26,067 nucleotides of DNA from a virus (lineage: Duplodnaviria > Caudoviricetes). The stretch spans positions 1-26,067 of the IMG/VR virus record IMGVR_UViG_3300044448_005507; one strand, given 5' to 3'. Shown here in pieces: positions 16,252-24,849 of the stretch. Every line of letters begins with the position of its first letter. Position 1 is the first letter of the stretch. Under the pieces are notes generated by a model. That model was not told the DNA's origin and searched no databases. It saw nothing but the letters and a program-made list of their open reading frames with translations. The translations under genes and the position numbers were made by a program.

Positions 16252-17166
16252 ATGAATTATCTTTTATTGTCATCGGGAGGAATGGGCTCAACTATCTTGC
16301 AAAGGCTTATCACATTGGTCCTTCATATTGAAAATGTAAAAGTAATAAACACCCATGACCTTGTTAACAAAGTTATAGGCCTCGACAGTGAGGGCAATAT
16401 CACAAGGAATTTCAAAATACAATATGGACAGACGTTGCCCGAGATAGAAAACATCCTAAGTAAATCAAACAAAACAGTTACCCTAGTAAGTAGGTTATCA
16501 AAGGACCATATAGATTATCGCAAGGATTCAAACGTAGAAAAATTTTATGAATTTGTTAAAACTTTTTATCCAATACTCGTATCTTGTGAAAGAGAAAATG
16601 TTTTTGAACTGACATTGAGTCTGGCAATAAAAGCCAAGTCAGATGTATATAATGTGTTCACCGAAGAAGATAGAAAATCTACAGAGCAGGTATCGGAAAT
16701 TGATGAACGTTATTTTGTTCAAAAACTCAAAGGATACATTGAATACAGAGACTGGATACAGCAAAATTTTCCAGGAATTAAAAAAGTCACATACGAAGAT
16801 TTAATTACTAACACAGATTCCGTGCTATCAGAAGTGACCGGATACAAAGACACATTGAAAAAATATTTTGGACTTCCAATGGCAGATATTCTAAGGGCAC
16901 AGTACCATAATACTGACTTGAACGAGAATGAATTGCGAGCCTTGACAATGTACAACAACTTATGTGATGATCTTATTAAAAATGGTACATTACGAGTTGT
17001 GCCTATGAAGAACAGTTCTTTGCAAGACAAAAAACAAAGAATAAAAAATTTTGACAGATGTCTCAAGATATTTTACCAATACACACGTAATCTTGATTTC
17101 ATAGACCCATCAAAAGCAACATATGACTATTGGAATCAAAAACAGTTGACAATGCAATCTAAATAA
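16252..17166 (+). CDS. Sulfotransferase-like (Stf0-like P-loop) protein
   Basis: N-terminal LLLSSGGMGST loop, RENVFELTLS (3'-PB-like) and VTYEDL. The usual basic residue of the PSB loop is missing. Confidence 0.5.
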   Translation: MNYLLLSSGGMGSTILQRLITLVLHIENVKVINTHDLVNKVIGLDSEGNITRNFKIQYGQTLPEIENILSKSNKTVTLVSRLSKDHIDYRKDSNVEKFYEFVKTFYPILVSCERENVFELTLSLAIKAKSDVYNVFTEEDRKSTEQVSEIDERYFVQKLKGYIEYRDWIQQNFPGIKKVTYEDLITNTDSVLSEVTGYKDTLKKYFGLPMADILRAQYHNTDLNENELRALTMYNNLCDDLIKNGTLRVVPMKNSSLQDKKQRIKNFDRCLKIFYQYTRNLDFIDPSKATYDYWNQKQLTMQSK

Positions 17167-17174
17167 CTTACAAT
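17146..17174 (+). promoter_or_regulatory. Sigma70-type promoter with nested TCTAAATA, leaderless geometry
   Basis: TTGACA (17146-17151), 17 bp, TACAAT (17169-17174). ATG 17182 lies 7 nt later. Confidence 0.75.
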
Positions 17175-17181
17175 ATACATT

Positions 17182-17574
17182 ATGACAAACAAAGCAGGAA
17201 AAATTTGGGGCGAGACGGAATTAATACTCGCAAATAGTTCACTTGAATTTCACAGAATAGATTACAAAGCAGGCGGTGTCTGTAGCAAACATAAACACGA
17301 ATATAAATGGAATGGCTTCTACGTTATGTCAGGCAAGATGAAAATTCGTGTGTGGCAAAAGGACTACGATCTAGTTGATGAAACTATATTGAATCCGGGA
17401 GATTTCACTGCTGTCAAACCAGGATTGTATCACACATTCGAGGGTTTAGAAGATGGTGTTGCCTTTGAACTTTACTGGGCAAACTTCTCACACAACGACA
17501 TCCAAAGAGAATCAGTTGGACATTTAAAAGACACAGACGGCAAGGTTGTAAGGCTAGATAAAAAGAAAAAATAA
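17182..17574 (+). CDS. Cupin-domain protein (sugar isomerase-like)
   Basis: KIWG, CSKHKH, FYVMSGKM and LNPGD...VKPGLYH cupin motifs. Confidence 0.8.
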   Translation: MTNKAGKIWGETELILANSSLEFHRIDYKAGGVCSKHKHEYKWNGFYVMSGKMKIRVWQKDYDLVDETILNPGDFTAVKPGLYHTFEGLEDGVAFELYWANFSHNDIQRESVGHLKDTDGKVVRLDKKKK

Positions 17575-18569
17575 TGATTCCTATTAAAGGATATGCGACA
17601 TTCGATCCATTGAAGCATTGTTGGATAGGGTCAGGATTCAAGACCGAATGGTTTTCAGATCTTGACATTTACAAGAACGACAAAATAATGGATCCCATTA
17701 AAAAAATCGCAGAAGAAACTGAAGAGGACTATCAAACACTTGAAACAATTCTTAAAGACGCTGGTGTAAAAACACATCGTAGTTGGTTGGATATAGATAA
17801 GGTAGGATCTCTCAAAAATATATTTCGTCCACCAGTAAACCCTAGAGATCATTTTGCTGTGATAGGTGAAAAAATTTATGCCGTATCAGGTGGCTCAGAA
17901 GGATATGCCGATGTGCTAAAACAGATAGATAGAAACAATTTAGTTATAGAACACACTGCTGGCATAATGAGTACTGCCACGATTGCTAGGTTAGGCAAAG
18001 ATCTTTATTGGGATATTGCTAAAGGAACGGATGAAGGAATTATTGAAAAATATAAAACAAAATGGCAAGATGAAGGTTTTAGAGTACACACATCTCACAG
18101 AGGATACCATAGCGACGGTGCCTTTTGTCTAGTCAAACCAGGTTGCATTGTGTCATTACATGACGTACAAGATTACAAAAAAGAATTCCCGGGTTGGGAC
18201 GTGTTATATCTACCCGACCAAAGTTGGGAAAAGGTTTCGCCTTTTTTACAAATGAAAAGAAAAGTTGGCGGGCGTTGGTGGCTAAAAGGTGAGGAACACA
18301 ACGAACAATTAATAGAATTTGTAAACACATGGTTACACGACTGGGTAGGATACGTAGAAGAAACTGTGTTTGATGTTAATATGTTATCAATTGACCAGAA
18401 CACTATTATCTGTAACAACTACAACAAGGAAGTATTTGATCATTTTAAAAAACACAAAGTTGAACCCATTGTGTTCAATTTTAGACACAGGTATTTTTGG
18501 GATGGAGGAATACACTGTATCACACAAGATTTATACAGAGAAGGAACAATGGAGGACTATTTTGCCTAA
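17574..18569 (+). CDS. Amidinotransferase-superfamily (pentein) enzyme
   Basis: DPLK, PRD, HSDG, NML and GGIHCIT, which together give the Asp/His/Cys catalytic set. Confidence 0.82.
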   Translation: MIPIKGYATFDPLKHCWIGSGFKTEWFSDLDIYKNDKIMDPIKKIAEETEEDYQTLETILKDAGVKTHRSWLDIDKVGSLKNIFRPPVNPRDHFAVIGEKIYAVSGGSEGYADVLKQIDRNNLVIEHTAGIMSTATIARLGKDLYWDIAKGTDEGIIEKYKTKWQDEGFRVHTSHRGYHSDGAFCLVKPGCIVSLHDVQDYKKEFPGWDVLYLPDQSWEKVSPFLQMKRKVGGRWWLKGEEHNEQLIEFVNTWLHDWVGYVEETVFDVNMLSIDQNTIICNNYNKEVFDHFKKHKVEPIVFNFRHRYFWDGGIHCITQDLYREGTMEDYFA

Positions 18570-19008
18570 CGTATACACTATCTACGCCGATCACAAAGAA
18601 AACATCACAGCACCTGACTTTGTTGCCAAAATGAAATTGTTTCTTGATAAACTTGTTGAAAATAAGAAAATGATTACATACAGAATTACACGTATGAAAT
18701 TAGGATTTAGATCCATGGACTTGCCAGAGTTTAGAATCGATATGGAATTTGAAAACATGCAACAACTAGATGATGCAATGACAATGACCATTGCAGACAA
18801 AAATGTAGATAAAGTTCACGTGGGATTCAACCAATATGTAGATGTTGATACCATCCAACATTTTCTATACAGAGATTACCCAGACGAACTACCACAACAG
18901 GAAAGTAAAAAAATTGATCCCGAGTTAGAAAAACGTATGAAAGGCAGTTATACAGTAGATGAAATTGTGGAGTCAATGAAAAGGAGTCATCCTGAAATAT
19001 GGGAGTAG
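18562..19008 (+). CDS. DUF6614-like protein (start re-called to TTG 18562)
   Basis: SD GGAGG at 18551-18555 precedes an in-frame TTG. Motif RITRMKLGFRS.DLPEF.I..EF..MQQLDDA. The 18370 start would overlap the amidinotransferase by about 200 bp. Confidence 0.6.
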   Translation: MPNVYTIYADHKENITAPDFVAKMKLFLDKLVENKKMITYRITRMKLGFRSMDLPEFRIDMEFENMQQLDDAMTMTIADKNVDKVHVGFNQYVDVDTIQHFLYRDYPDELPQQESKKIDPELEKRMKGSYTVDEIVESMKRSHPEIWE

Positions 19009-19922
19009 AAAAACCAATCGAAATAATTTATTCACCAGGTACCTGGGGAAATTGCCTTAGATGGATTCTAGACAAATTTACAGGCAATCCAAACTTTAAG
19101 GATTCGTCTAGTCCATGGGACAGTAATGACCGAGCACACCACAATAAATTATGGTCAAAGCGTTTTTCCAGAGTACACCAACGTGCTTACGATAGTGATA
19201 CAGGACCAATAACGGACACATCAAAAATTGTTATTTCTTATGATCCTACAGACCTAGTGTTTATAGAGAGACTAGGTTATTACCGCATACCAGGAAACGA
19301 GCAGGCAGAAAGCAGATACGAAAATATAATAAGTGGACATTCGGAAAAATTTGTAAAAGAAATGTTTGGTGTAGAGTACTCCAAAAAAGCAGTTGCAAAA
19401 GAGATCCTTAAAATTAAGTTTCATAACGAACAGCAACACACATGGTGGAAGTCTATGATGCAACACATGGCCGACGATTCTAACTACAAGTTTAATATAG
19501 AGTCATTTTGGGATATGAATTCACTAGTCGAGGAACTTGATAAAATATCAAAACTCTTTGATTTAAATTTAAAAGTAGAGCATGACGTATTGAAAAACAT
19601 TACAAACCATATAGGGCAAAATCATGTTGTGCTATCAAAAAACAGAGCCAAGGACATACTAGAGGCAATTAATAATGGTATGGAAATAGAGTGTAAAGAT
19701 CTAGATATAATTGAACAAGTATTCATTGAAGTGGCATTGGAGAAAAATAACGACTGCATAATTTTTCCATTTGGTACAAATTGGTTCAACAATACTATTG
19801 AAGTAAAACAGTTCATACAAGGTTATCCTAAATACTTAAAACATATGAATCCAAGATTACCATGGTATAATGGTCAAAGAAACCCCTTTTATCTATCAGG
19901 GCAAATTGACAAATCTAAATAG
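18999..19922 (+). CDS. Hypothetical protein, possibly a degenerate P-loop/sulfotransferase fold
   Basis: 307-aa ORF with an N-terminal IIYSPGTWGN loop. AAGGAG lies upstream. Confidence 0.5.
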   Translation: MGVEKPIEIIYSPGTWGNCLRWILDKFTGNPNFKDSSSPWDSNDRAHHNKLWSKRFSRVHQRAYDSDTGPITDTSKIVISYDPTDLVFIERLGYYRIPGNEQAESRYENIISGHSEKFVKEMFGVEYSKKAVAKEILKIKFHNEQQHTWWKSMMQHMADDSNYKFNIESFWDMNSLVEELDKISKLFDLNLKVEHDVLKNITNHIGQNHVVLSKNRAKDILEAINNGMEIECKDLDIIEQVFIEVALEKNNDCIIFPFGTNWFNNTIEVKQFIQGYPKYLKHMNPRLPWYNGQRNPFYLSGQIDKSK

Positions 19923-19934
19923 TAATCGTATAAT
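19906..19934 (+). promoter_or_regulatory. Perfect-consensus sigma70 promoter for queE with nested TCTAAATA, leaderless geometry
   Basis: TTGACA (19906-19911), 17 bp, TATAAT (19929-19934). ATG 19940 lies 5 nt later. Confidence 0.8.
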
Positions 19935-19939
19935 ATAGT

Positions 19940-20839
19940 ATGGAAATGGAAAAAAAATATTATTATTCAGAAATATTTCATAGTATCCAAGGTGAAGGAG
20001 AATATACAGGTACGCCTACTGCATGGATAAGATATTTTTTATGTAATTTACAGTGTAATGGGTTTGGTCAAAAAGATCCAACAGATCCAAGCACATACGA
20101 ACTGCCTTTCGAAGACTTTGATGTTGATAGTGTGAAAAGGGTTGAAGATTTACCTGTATGGGAAAAAGGTTGTGATTCAAGTTACACTTGGGCAAAGAAA
20201 TTTAAAAAGTTAATGGGAAACGAAACACCCACAGTACTTGCAGATAAAATTGTAAACATATTAAAAACAGATACAAATCCTAATGGATTATTTTTACATC
20301 CAAACTCAAGACAACATCAACACTTATGTTTCACAGGAGGCGAGCCTTTGATGATTACAGGACAGGCCGCCAGTGTTGGAATTTATAGATCATTAGAACA
20401 ACGTGCAAATCTGCCAAGTTCAATGACATTTGAAACAAACGGTACACAGAAACTTACTGAACCATTCAAACAATGGGTTAAGGATATTCCAGAAGAAGTA
20501 TTTTTCAGTGTCAGTCCTAAACTGTTTACTGTGTCTGGTGAAAAAACAGAAAAAGCAATTAAACCCGAGAATGTAGCAGAATACAAACAGTGTTCAGACA
20601 GAGGACAATTAAAATTTGTTGTAGGATCAGCAAGAAGAGAATGGGAAGAACTAGAAAACACTGTGAGAAAATTTAGAGAAGCAGGCATAGATTGGCCTGT
20701 TTGGATAATGCCCACTGGTGCAAGAGAAGAAGAGCAAACTGAGACTGCTGGTAAAGTGGCAGAAGAGGCATTTAAAAGAGGATATAATGTGGCGGCAAGA
20801 GTTCATGTGTATCTATTTGGTAATGCTATTGGAACATAG
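19940..20839 (+). CDS. queE: 7-carboxy-7-deazaguanine synthase (radical SAM)
   Basis: SEIFHSIQGEG..TG.P..WIR, CNLQC...CDS, TGGEP, ETNGT, SVSPKL, LKFVV, MP and RVH. Confidence 0.92.
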   Translation: MEMEKKYYYSEIFHSIQGEGEYTGTPTAWIRYFLCNLQCNGFGQKDPTDPSTYELPFEDFDVDSVKRVEDLPVWEKGCDSSYTWAKKFKKLMGNETPTVLADKIVNILKTDTNPNGLFLHPNSRQHQHLCFTGGEPLMITGQAASVGIYRSLEQRANLPSSMTFETNGTQKLTEPFKQWVKDIPEEVFFSVSPKLFTVSGEKTEKAIKPENVAEYKQCSDRGQLKFVVGSARREWEELENTVRKFREAGIDWPVWIMPTGAREEEQTETAGKVAEEAFKRGYNVAARVHVYLFGNAIGT

Positions 20840-20840
20840 G

Positions 20841-20869
20841 TAGACTAGGAGGTAAAAATAAAGTATAAT
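20841..20869 (+). promoter_or_regulatory. Sigma70-type promoter, leaderless geometry
   Basis: TAGACT (20841-20846), 17 bp, TATAAT (20864-20869). ATG 20876 lies 6 nt later. Confidence 0.7.
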
Positions 20870-20875
20870 AATATT

Positions 20876-21202
20876 ATGAAGGTAAAGAAAACAGCAAAAA
20901 CAACTATAAAGAAAAAAAACAAAAAAGGTTCTAAGAAAAGCGAAGAGCCAATGGTTAAAGTTCTTAACTTGAATGTAAATCCTGAGAATCCAAGAAATGG
21001 TTTCTTTGAACTAGACTGGAACGACGAGTTTGTTAATATGCTACAACAAAGTGGTTATCAAGGACAAACAGAAGAAGAGATTGTAGACAGATGGTTTCAA
21101 ACTCTTTGTAGAACAATTGGAAACGAACAAGGCATTGACGTTACTGGATCTGGTTACGTTCAGATTAACAGGAGAGATGACGGCAAAACTGAGGTGTCAT
21201 AA
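20876..21202 (+). CDS. Hypothetical phage protein with a basic N-terminus
   Basis: ELDWNDEFV...GY.G..EEEIVDRWF core. TAATG overlap with the exonuclease gene. Confidence 0.65.
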   Translation: MKVKKTAKTTIKKKNKKGSKKSEEPMVKVLNLNVNPENPRNGFFELDWNDEFVNMLQQSGYQGQTEEEIVDRWFQTLCRTIGNEQGIDVTGSGYVQINRRDDGKTEVS

Positions 21203-22188
21203 TGGCACACATCCTAGTCGACACAGCCAATACATTTTTTAGAGCGAGACACGTCATACGTGGAGACACGTCTGAGAAGGTCGGAATGGCCATACACATC
21301 ATGATGAACTCCATAAAGAAAGCATGGCAGGACTTTGATGGCAAACACGTTGTATTCTGCTTGGAAGGCAGATCATGGCGTAAGGATCACTACGCACCAT
21401 ACAAACGAAATCGTAAGGAAATGGCAGACGCAATGACTGAGAAAGAGAAGGAAGAGAACGAAGTGTTCTGGGAGTGCTACGATGACTTTTGTGATTTTAT
21501 AAAAACAAAAACAAACGTAACGGTGTTGCGTAACGAAAGAACAGAAGCAGACGACTTGATCGCTAGATGGATAGACAAGCACCCTGATGACCAACACGTG
21601 ATAATCAGTACAGACAAGGATCTTAATCAATTAGTTGCAAAGAATGTTAAACAATACAATGGTGTGACTGAGATCACGCTCACAAACGAGGGATGGTTTG
21701 ACAAAAAGGGGCAACCTGTAATAGACAAAAAACTTAAAGCACCAAAAGGAGCACCAAACACTGAATGGATAATATTTGAAAAGTCAATGAGAGGTGATCC
21801 AAGCGATAACATATTCTCAGCATATCCAGGTGTAAGAACAAAGGGCACAAAAAACAAGATAGGTTTACAAGAAGCATTCGCAGATCGTACATCAAAAGGG
21901 TACACATGGAACAATTTAATGCTTACAAAGTGGGTAGATCATGATGGCAAAGAACACAGGGTAATGGACGATTATGAACGTAACAGGTTGCTAGTTGATC
22001 TTCATGCACAACCAGAGGCTATAATAGAGGAACTGGATCAAACAATAGAACAAGCAAAAGCGGAGAACAAAAACATTGATCAAGTTGGAATCAGATTCAT
22101 GAGGTTCTGTGCCAAGTACGACCTAAATAAGATTAGTGAGCAGGCTCAACTGTATGTCGAGCCCTTTAATGCGAGGTTAACAGTATGA
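21202..22188 (+). CDS. rnh: T4 RNase H-like 5'-3' exonuclease (FEN family)
   Basis: LVDTAN, SWRK...YK.NR, EADD, STDKD and RGDPSDNI..YPG. Confidence 0.9.
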   Translation: MAHILVDTANTFFRARHVIRGDTSEKVGMAIHIMMNSIKKAWQDFDGKHVVFCLEGRSWRKDHYAPYKRNRKEMADAMTEKEKEENEVFWECYDDFCDFIKTKTNVTVLRNERTEADDLIARWIDKHPDDQHVIISTDKDLNQLVAKNVKQYNGVTEITLTNEGWFDKKGQPVIDKKLKAPKGAPNTEWIIFEKSMRGDPSDNIFSAYPGVRTKGTKNKIGLQEAFADRTSKGYTWNNLMLTKWVDHDGKEHRVMDDYERNRLLVDLHAQPEAIIEELDQTIEQAKAENKNIDQVGIRFMRFCAKYDLNKISEQAQLYVEPFNARLTV

Positions 22189-22709
22189 CTGTGAGAGCAA
22201 AAACATTAGTCAAAGACAAGTTCTGGATCGTCGAGCAAAACGGCGAAAAATTAGGTACCCTCTCAAAACAGGACGATAACGGCTGGATATTCCTAAGCAA
22301 AAAGGACAAGAGGCAAGTGTTCCATACACAGGAGAGCCTGTTTACACGATTTGGATTCAACATATTCGATGACATAATATTAGATCAACAAGAAAAGAGT
22401 GTTGACAAATGGGACGTAAAACAGGCTGAAAATTTTGAAGTACATGGATATCCTTGTAGTCAAAAACCATATAACCCACTTTGGGACGTTCAAAAAAATT
22501 TACCTTTATATACAAAAACTCCAAAATCCAAATCCATGTTCTGTGCAGGTTACTACATAGTGAAATTTGAAACAGTCAACTGGAGAAAGGCATATTGTCC
22601 TAAAATCATCACCCTACAAAGATACAAGTATGAAGGACCTATGAAATCAAAAACAGAAATGGTAGCAAGATTAAATGAAGCACTCAAAAATACAAACACG
22701 TCCAATTGA
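22185..22709 (+). CDS. Hypothetical phage protein
   Basis: 174-aa ORF with an ATGA overlap. Confidence 0.65.
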   Translation: MTVRAKTLVKDKFWIVEQNGEKLGTLSKQDDNGWIFLSKKDKRQVFHTQESLFTRFGFNIFDDIILDQQEKSVDKWDVKQAENFEVHGYPCSQKPYNPLWDVQKNLPLYTKTPKSKSMFCAGYYIVKFETVNWRKAYCPKIITLQRYKYEGPMKSKTEMVARLNEALKNTNTSN

Positions 22710-22926
22710 AGACCTGCTGGGTAGGATCAGAACGCTCAGACAAAAGGGCGAGAGACAGATAGTGATCCCTGCCAAAGAGGCAGATCAACTAGCGGATTCA
22801 CTGAGCCAAGTCATGACACGTATGGTCACAATACAGGAAGAAATCATCGAAGCACTTAAGGCCGCCAAAGAAGCACAGACCATTAACATCGAAATGGACG
22901 GCGGTGGGTTTGACAGCAAGAAGTAA
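22675..22926 (+). CDS. Hypothetical small helical protein
   Basis: 83-aa ORF ending IEMDGGGF, in operon context. Confidence 0.6.
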   Translation: MKHSKIQTRPIEDLLGRIRTLRQKGERQIVIPAKEADQLADSLSQVMTRMVTIQEEIIEALKAAKEAQTINIEMDGGGFDSKK

Positions 22927-22965
22927 AATTTTCTAATACAATTTTTGGTAAATACTGCTACAATT

Positions 22966-23253
22966 ATGAGCAGACCAAAACCCACAGTGTTACTCCAACA
23001 CAGTAATAAAACAACGTTCAAGATGGACGAAGTCCTTGCGGCTGAAGGCATATGGGCGGTTTTTTATGATGGTAAACCTATCAACTTAAAGAGCTCTAGT
23101 TTGGTGTCCAACTATCCAGGTCCAAAATACAAGAAAGTTTCATTTTCGAACCCTGGCCACGCAGAGAACCTAGCGAAGAAACTGAATGCTCAACACAACA
23201 CTGACAAGTTTGGTGTGTACCTTTTAAAAACAGGCGACAAATTCACTAGATAA
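22966..23253 (+). CDS. Hypothetical phage protein (start re-called to ATG 22966, MSRPKP...)
   Basis: In-frame ATG downstream of TAAATA (22949-22954). YKKVSFSNPGHA..LA.KLN core. Confidence 0.65.
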   Translation: MSRPKPTVLLQHSNKTTFKMDEVLAAEGIWAVFYDGKPINLKSSSLVSNYPGPKYKKVSFSNPGHAENLAKKLNAQHNTDKFGVYLLKTGDKFTR

Positions 23254-23261
23254 TTACGAGT

Positions 23262-23657
23262 ATGGATCGTAAAACAGCCTACACTCGAACCTTCATGGAA
23301 CTTCTGGAACAACCTATACACGACGATAGTGTAAAAACAAATTACTATACTTGGTGGCAGAATGTAAGGGAAAGTTATCAAGCAAGATCTTTGCGCCTTA
23401 CAAAAATTGGCTTACAGATGATAGAAGGATTAGATGTCAAAACTTATAACATAAAGTTTCCTTCAAAAGTCATATTCACTCCACAAACTTATCTTTGGTT
23501 GGACGAGTTCGTCGACTGCCCTTACTATGTTGATAAAAAACAAATCATAGTCACAATGGAAAAGATGGCGTTGCAGTTGATGTTGTTCGCTGGAGACATC
23601 ACAAAATACGGACTTGCACGGGCAATGAGCAAAAGAGAAGAAGAAAAAAATGAGTAA
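23262..23657 (+). CDS. Hypothetical phage protein
   Basis: 131-aa ORF. TAATTA (23251-23256) lies 5 nt before the ATG. Confidence 0.65.
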   Translation: MDRKTAYTRTFMELLEQPIHDDSVKTNYYTWWQNVRESYQARSLRLTKIGLQMIEGLDVKTYNIKFPSKVIFTPQTYLWLDEFVDCPYYVDKKQIIVTMEKMALQLMLFAGDITKYGLARAMSKREEEKNE

Positions 23658-24768
23658 ATTCTGTAATTGGATACAGAACGGCCTTTTTGTTTCCCACAGG
23701 GGGCAATCTTTGTGTTGTGTAAATCACGACAAACATTATATCAGTCCAAAGGAGTTTTGGGATAGCTCAGTTAGAAAAGATGCACTAGTAAAAATGAATG
23801 CTGATCAGCCAGTCACTGGATGTGACACGTGTTATTACAAAGAAAAAAACAAAGTAACTAGTGCGAGAAATTATTGGAACGTCTACAAAAACATACAGGC
23901 AAAAAAATTGCCAACAATGCTTGATTTAGATCTATCAAACTTCTGCAATTTGAAATGTGTTATGTGCAATCCAAACAGAAGCAGTCAACACGCCAAGGAC
24001 AAGGGCCTTGGGGTATCGTCAATATCAAGAAAATACATTGAAAGTCTACTTGAAATGTCTGACGATCTAAGATTAGTGACTATCCAGGGTGGTGAACCCT
24101 CGATAATGGAGGAATTTACTTACTACTTTGGTGAACTACATAAAAAAGGTATTTGTAAAAACATAGATTTGCAGATTATCAGCAATTTGACAAATTTAAA
24201 TGAGAAATTTCTTGCTATACTTCCATATTTTAAATCAGTACGTTTCTCCATAAGTGTTGATGCCTATGGCACTGCAAATGACTACATAAGATGGCCTAGC
24301 AAGTTCCACTCTATAGAAAACAACATATCCAAAATACTCGGGATTGATTCTATAAAAGTGGTTGAGATCCATAACGCATTAAACATATTGTCATTGTTTA
24401 ACTTTAAAGACTTTCTGTACTGGACAAAGAAGATAGAAAAGATGTTTGAAAACACTGACAAGAATTTTGTATTCGTGCCACTAAAAGTGTTTGAACCTAT
24501 GCATTATAGTCCTTTCATAGCACCTGAATCACTCAAACAAAAGTTCTTTGCGGACGTCAAAAGTTTTTTTGATGTTGAAAATTTTGGTAAGTTTACCAAA
24601 ACCAAGGTTGAAATCATGTTGTTGTGTAAGAAATTAAAGGATTCTATAACAGATCCTTTACAATTGGACTATTTGGTCAAGGAAATCCAACGATTAGACA
24701 GAGAAAGATCAGTAAAAATCCAGGATTATATTCCAGATTTTGACAAACACATACAAAAAAGCCAATAA
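23650..24768 (+). CDS. Radical SAM protein with an N-terminal twitch/SPASM-like Cys cluster
   Basis: CNLKCVMC and GGEP. N-terminal C...CC...CDTC. SISVD..G..NDYIR. Confidence 0.85.
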   Translation: MSKFCNWIQNGLFVSHRGQSLCCVNHDKHYISPKEFWDSSVRKDALVKMNADQPVTGCDTCYYKEKNKVTSARNYWNVYKNIQAKKLPTMLDLDLSNFCNLKCVMCNPNRSSQHAKDKGLGVSSISRKYIESLLEMSDDLRLVTIQGGEPSIMEEFTYYFGELHKKGICKNIDLQIISNLTNLNEKFLAILPYFKSVRFSISVDAYGTANDYIRWPSKFHSIENNISKILGIDSIKVVEIHNALNILSLFNFKDFLYWTKKIEKMFENTDKNFVFVPLKVFEPMHYSPFIAPESLKQKFFADVKSFFDVENFGKFTKTKVEIMLLCKKLKDSITDPLQLDYLVKEIQRLDRERSVKIQDYIPDFDKHIQKSQ

Positions 24769-24787
24769 AATAGCGACTTTTACCAGG

Positions 24788-24815
24788 TTGACGTATAACA
24801 TAATCCTGCTATAAT
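24788..24815 (+). promoter_or_regulatory. Sigma70-type promoter with extended -10
   Basis: TTGACG (24788-24793), 16 bp, TATAAT (24810-24815) preceded by TG-n. SD AGGAG at 24837-24841. Confidence 0.7.
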
Positions 24816-24849
24816 GGTATTATAAACATTTTAAACAGGAGTGTACAAA

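Noticed and set aside
18370-18561. Long N-terminal extension of the 18370..19008 ORF
   Set aside because: It overlaps the catalytic C-terminus of the amidinotransferase. A TTG at 18562 with SD GGAGG is the better start.
20847-20852. AGGAGG as the SD for the gene at 20876
   Set aside because: It lies 23 nt from the ATG and inside the promoter spacer, so upstream of the predicted TSS.
22925-22945. AT-only inverted repeat as a terminator
   Set aside because: The stem has no GC pairs and is expected by chance in AT-rich DNA.
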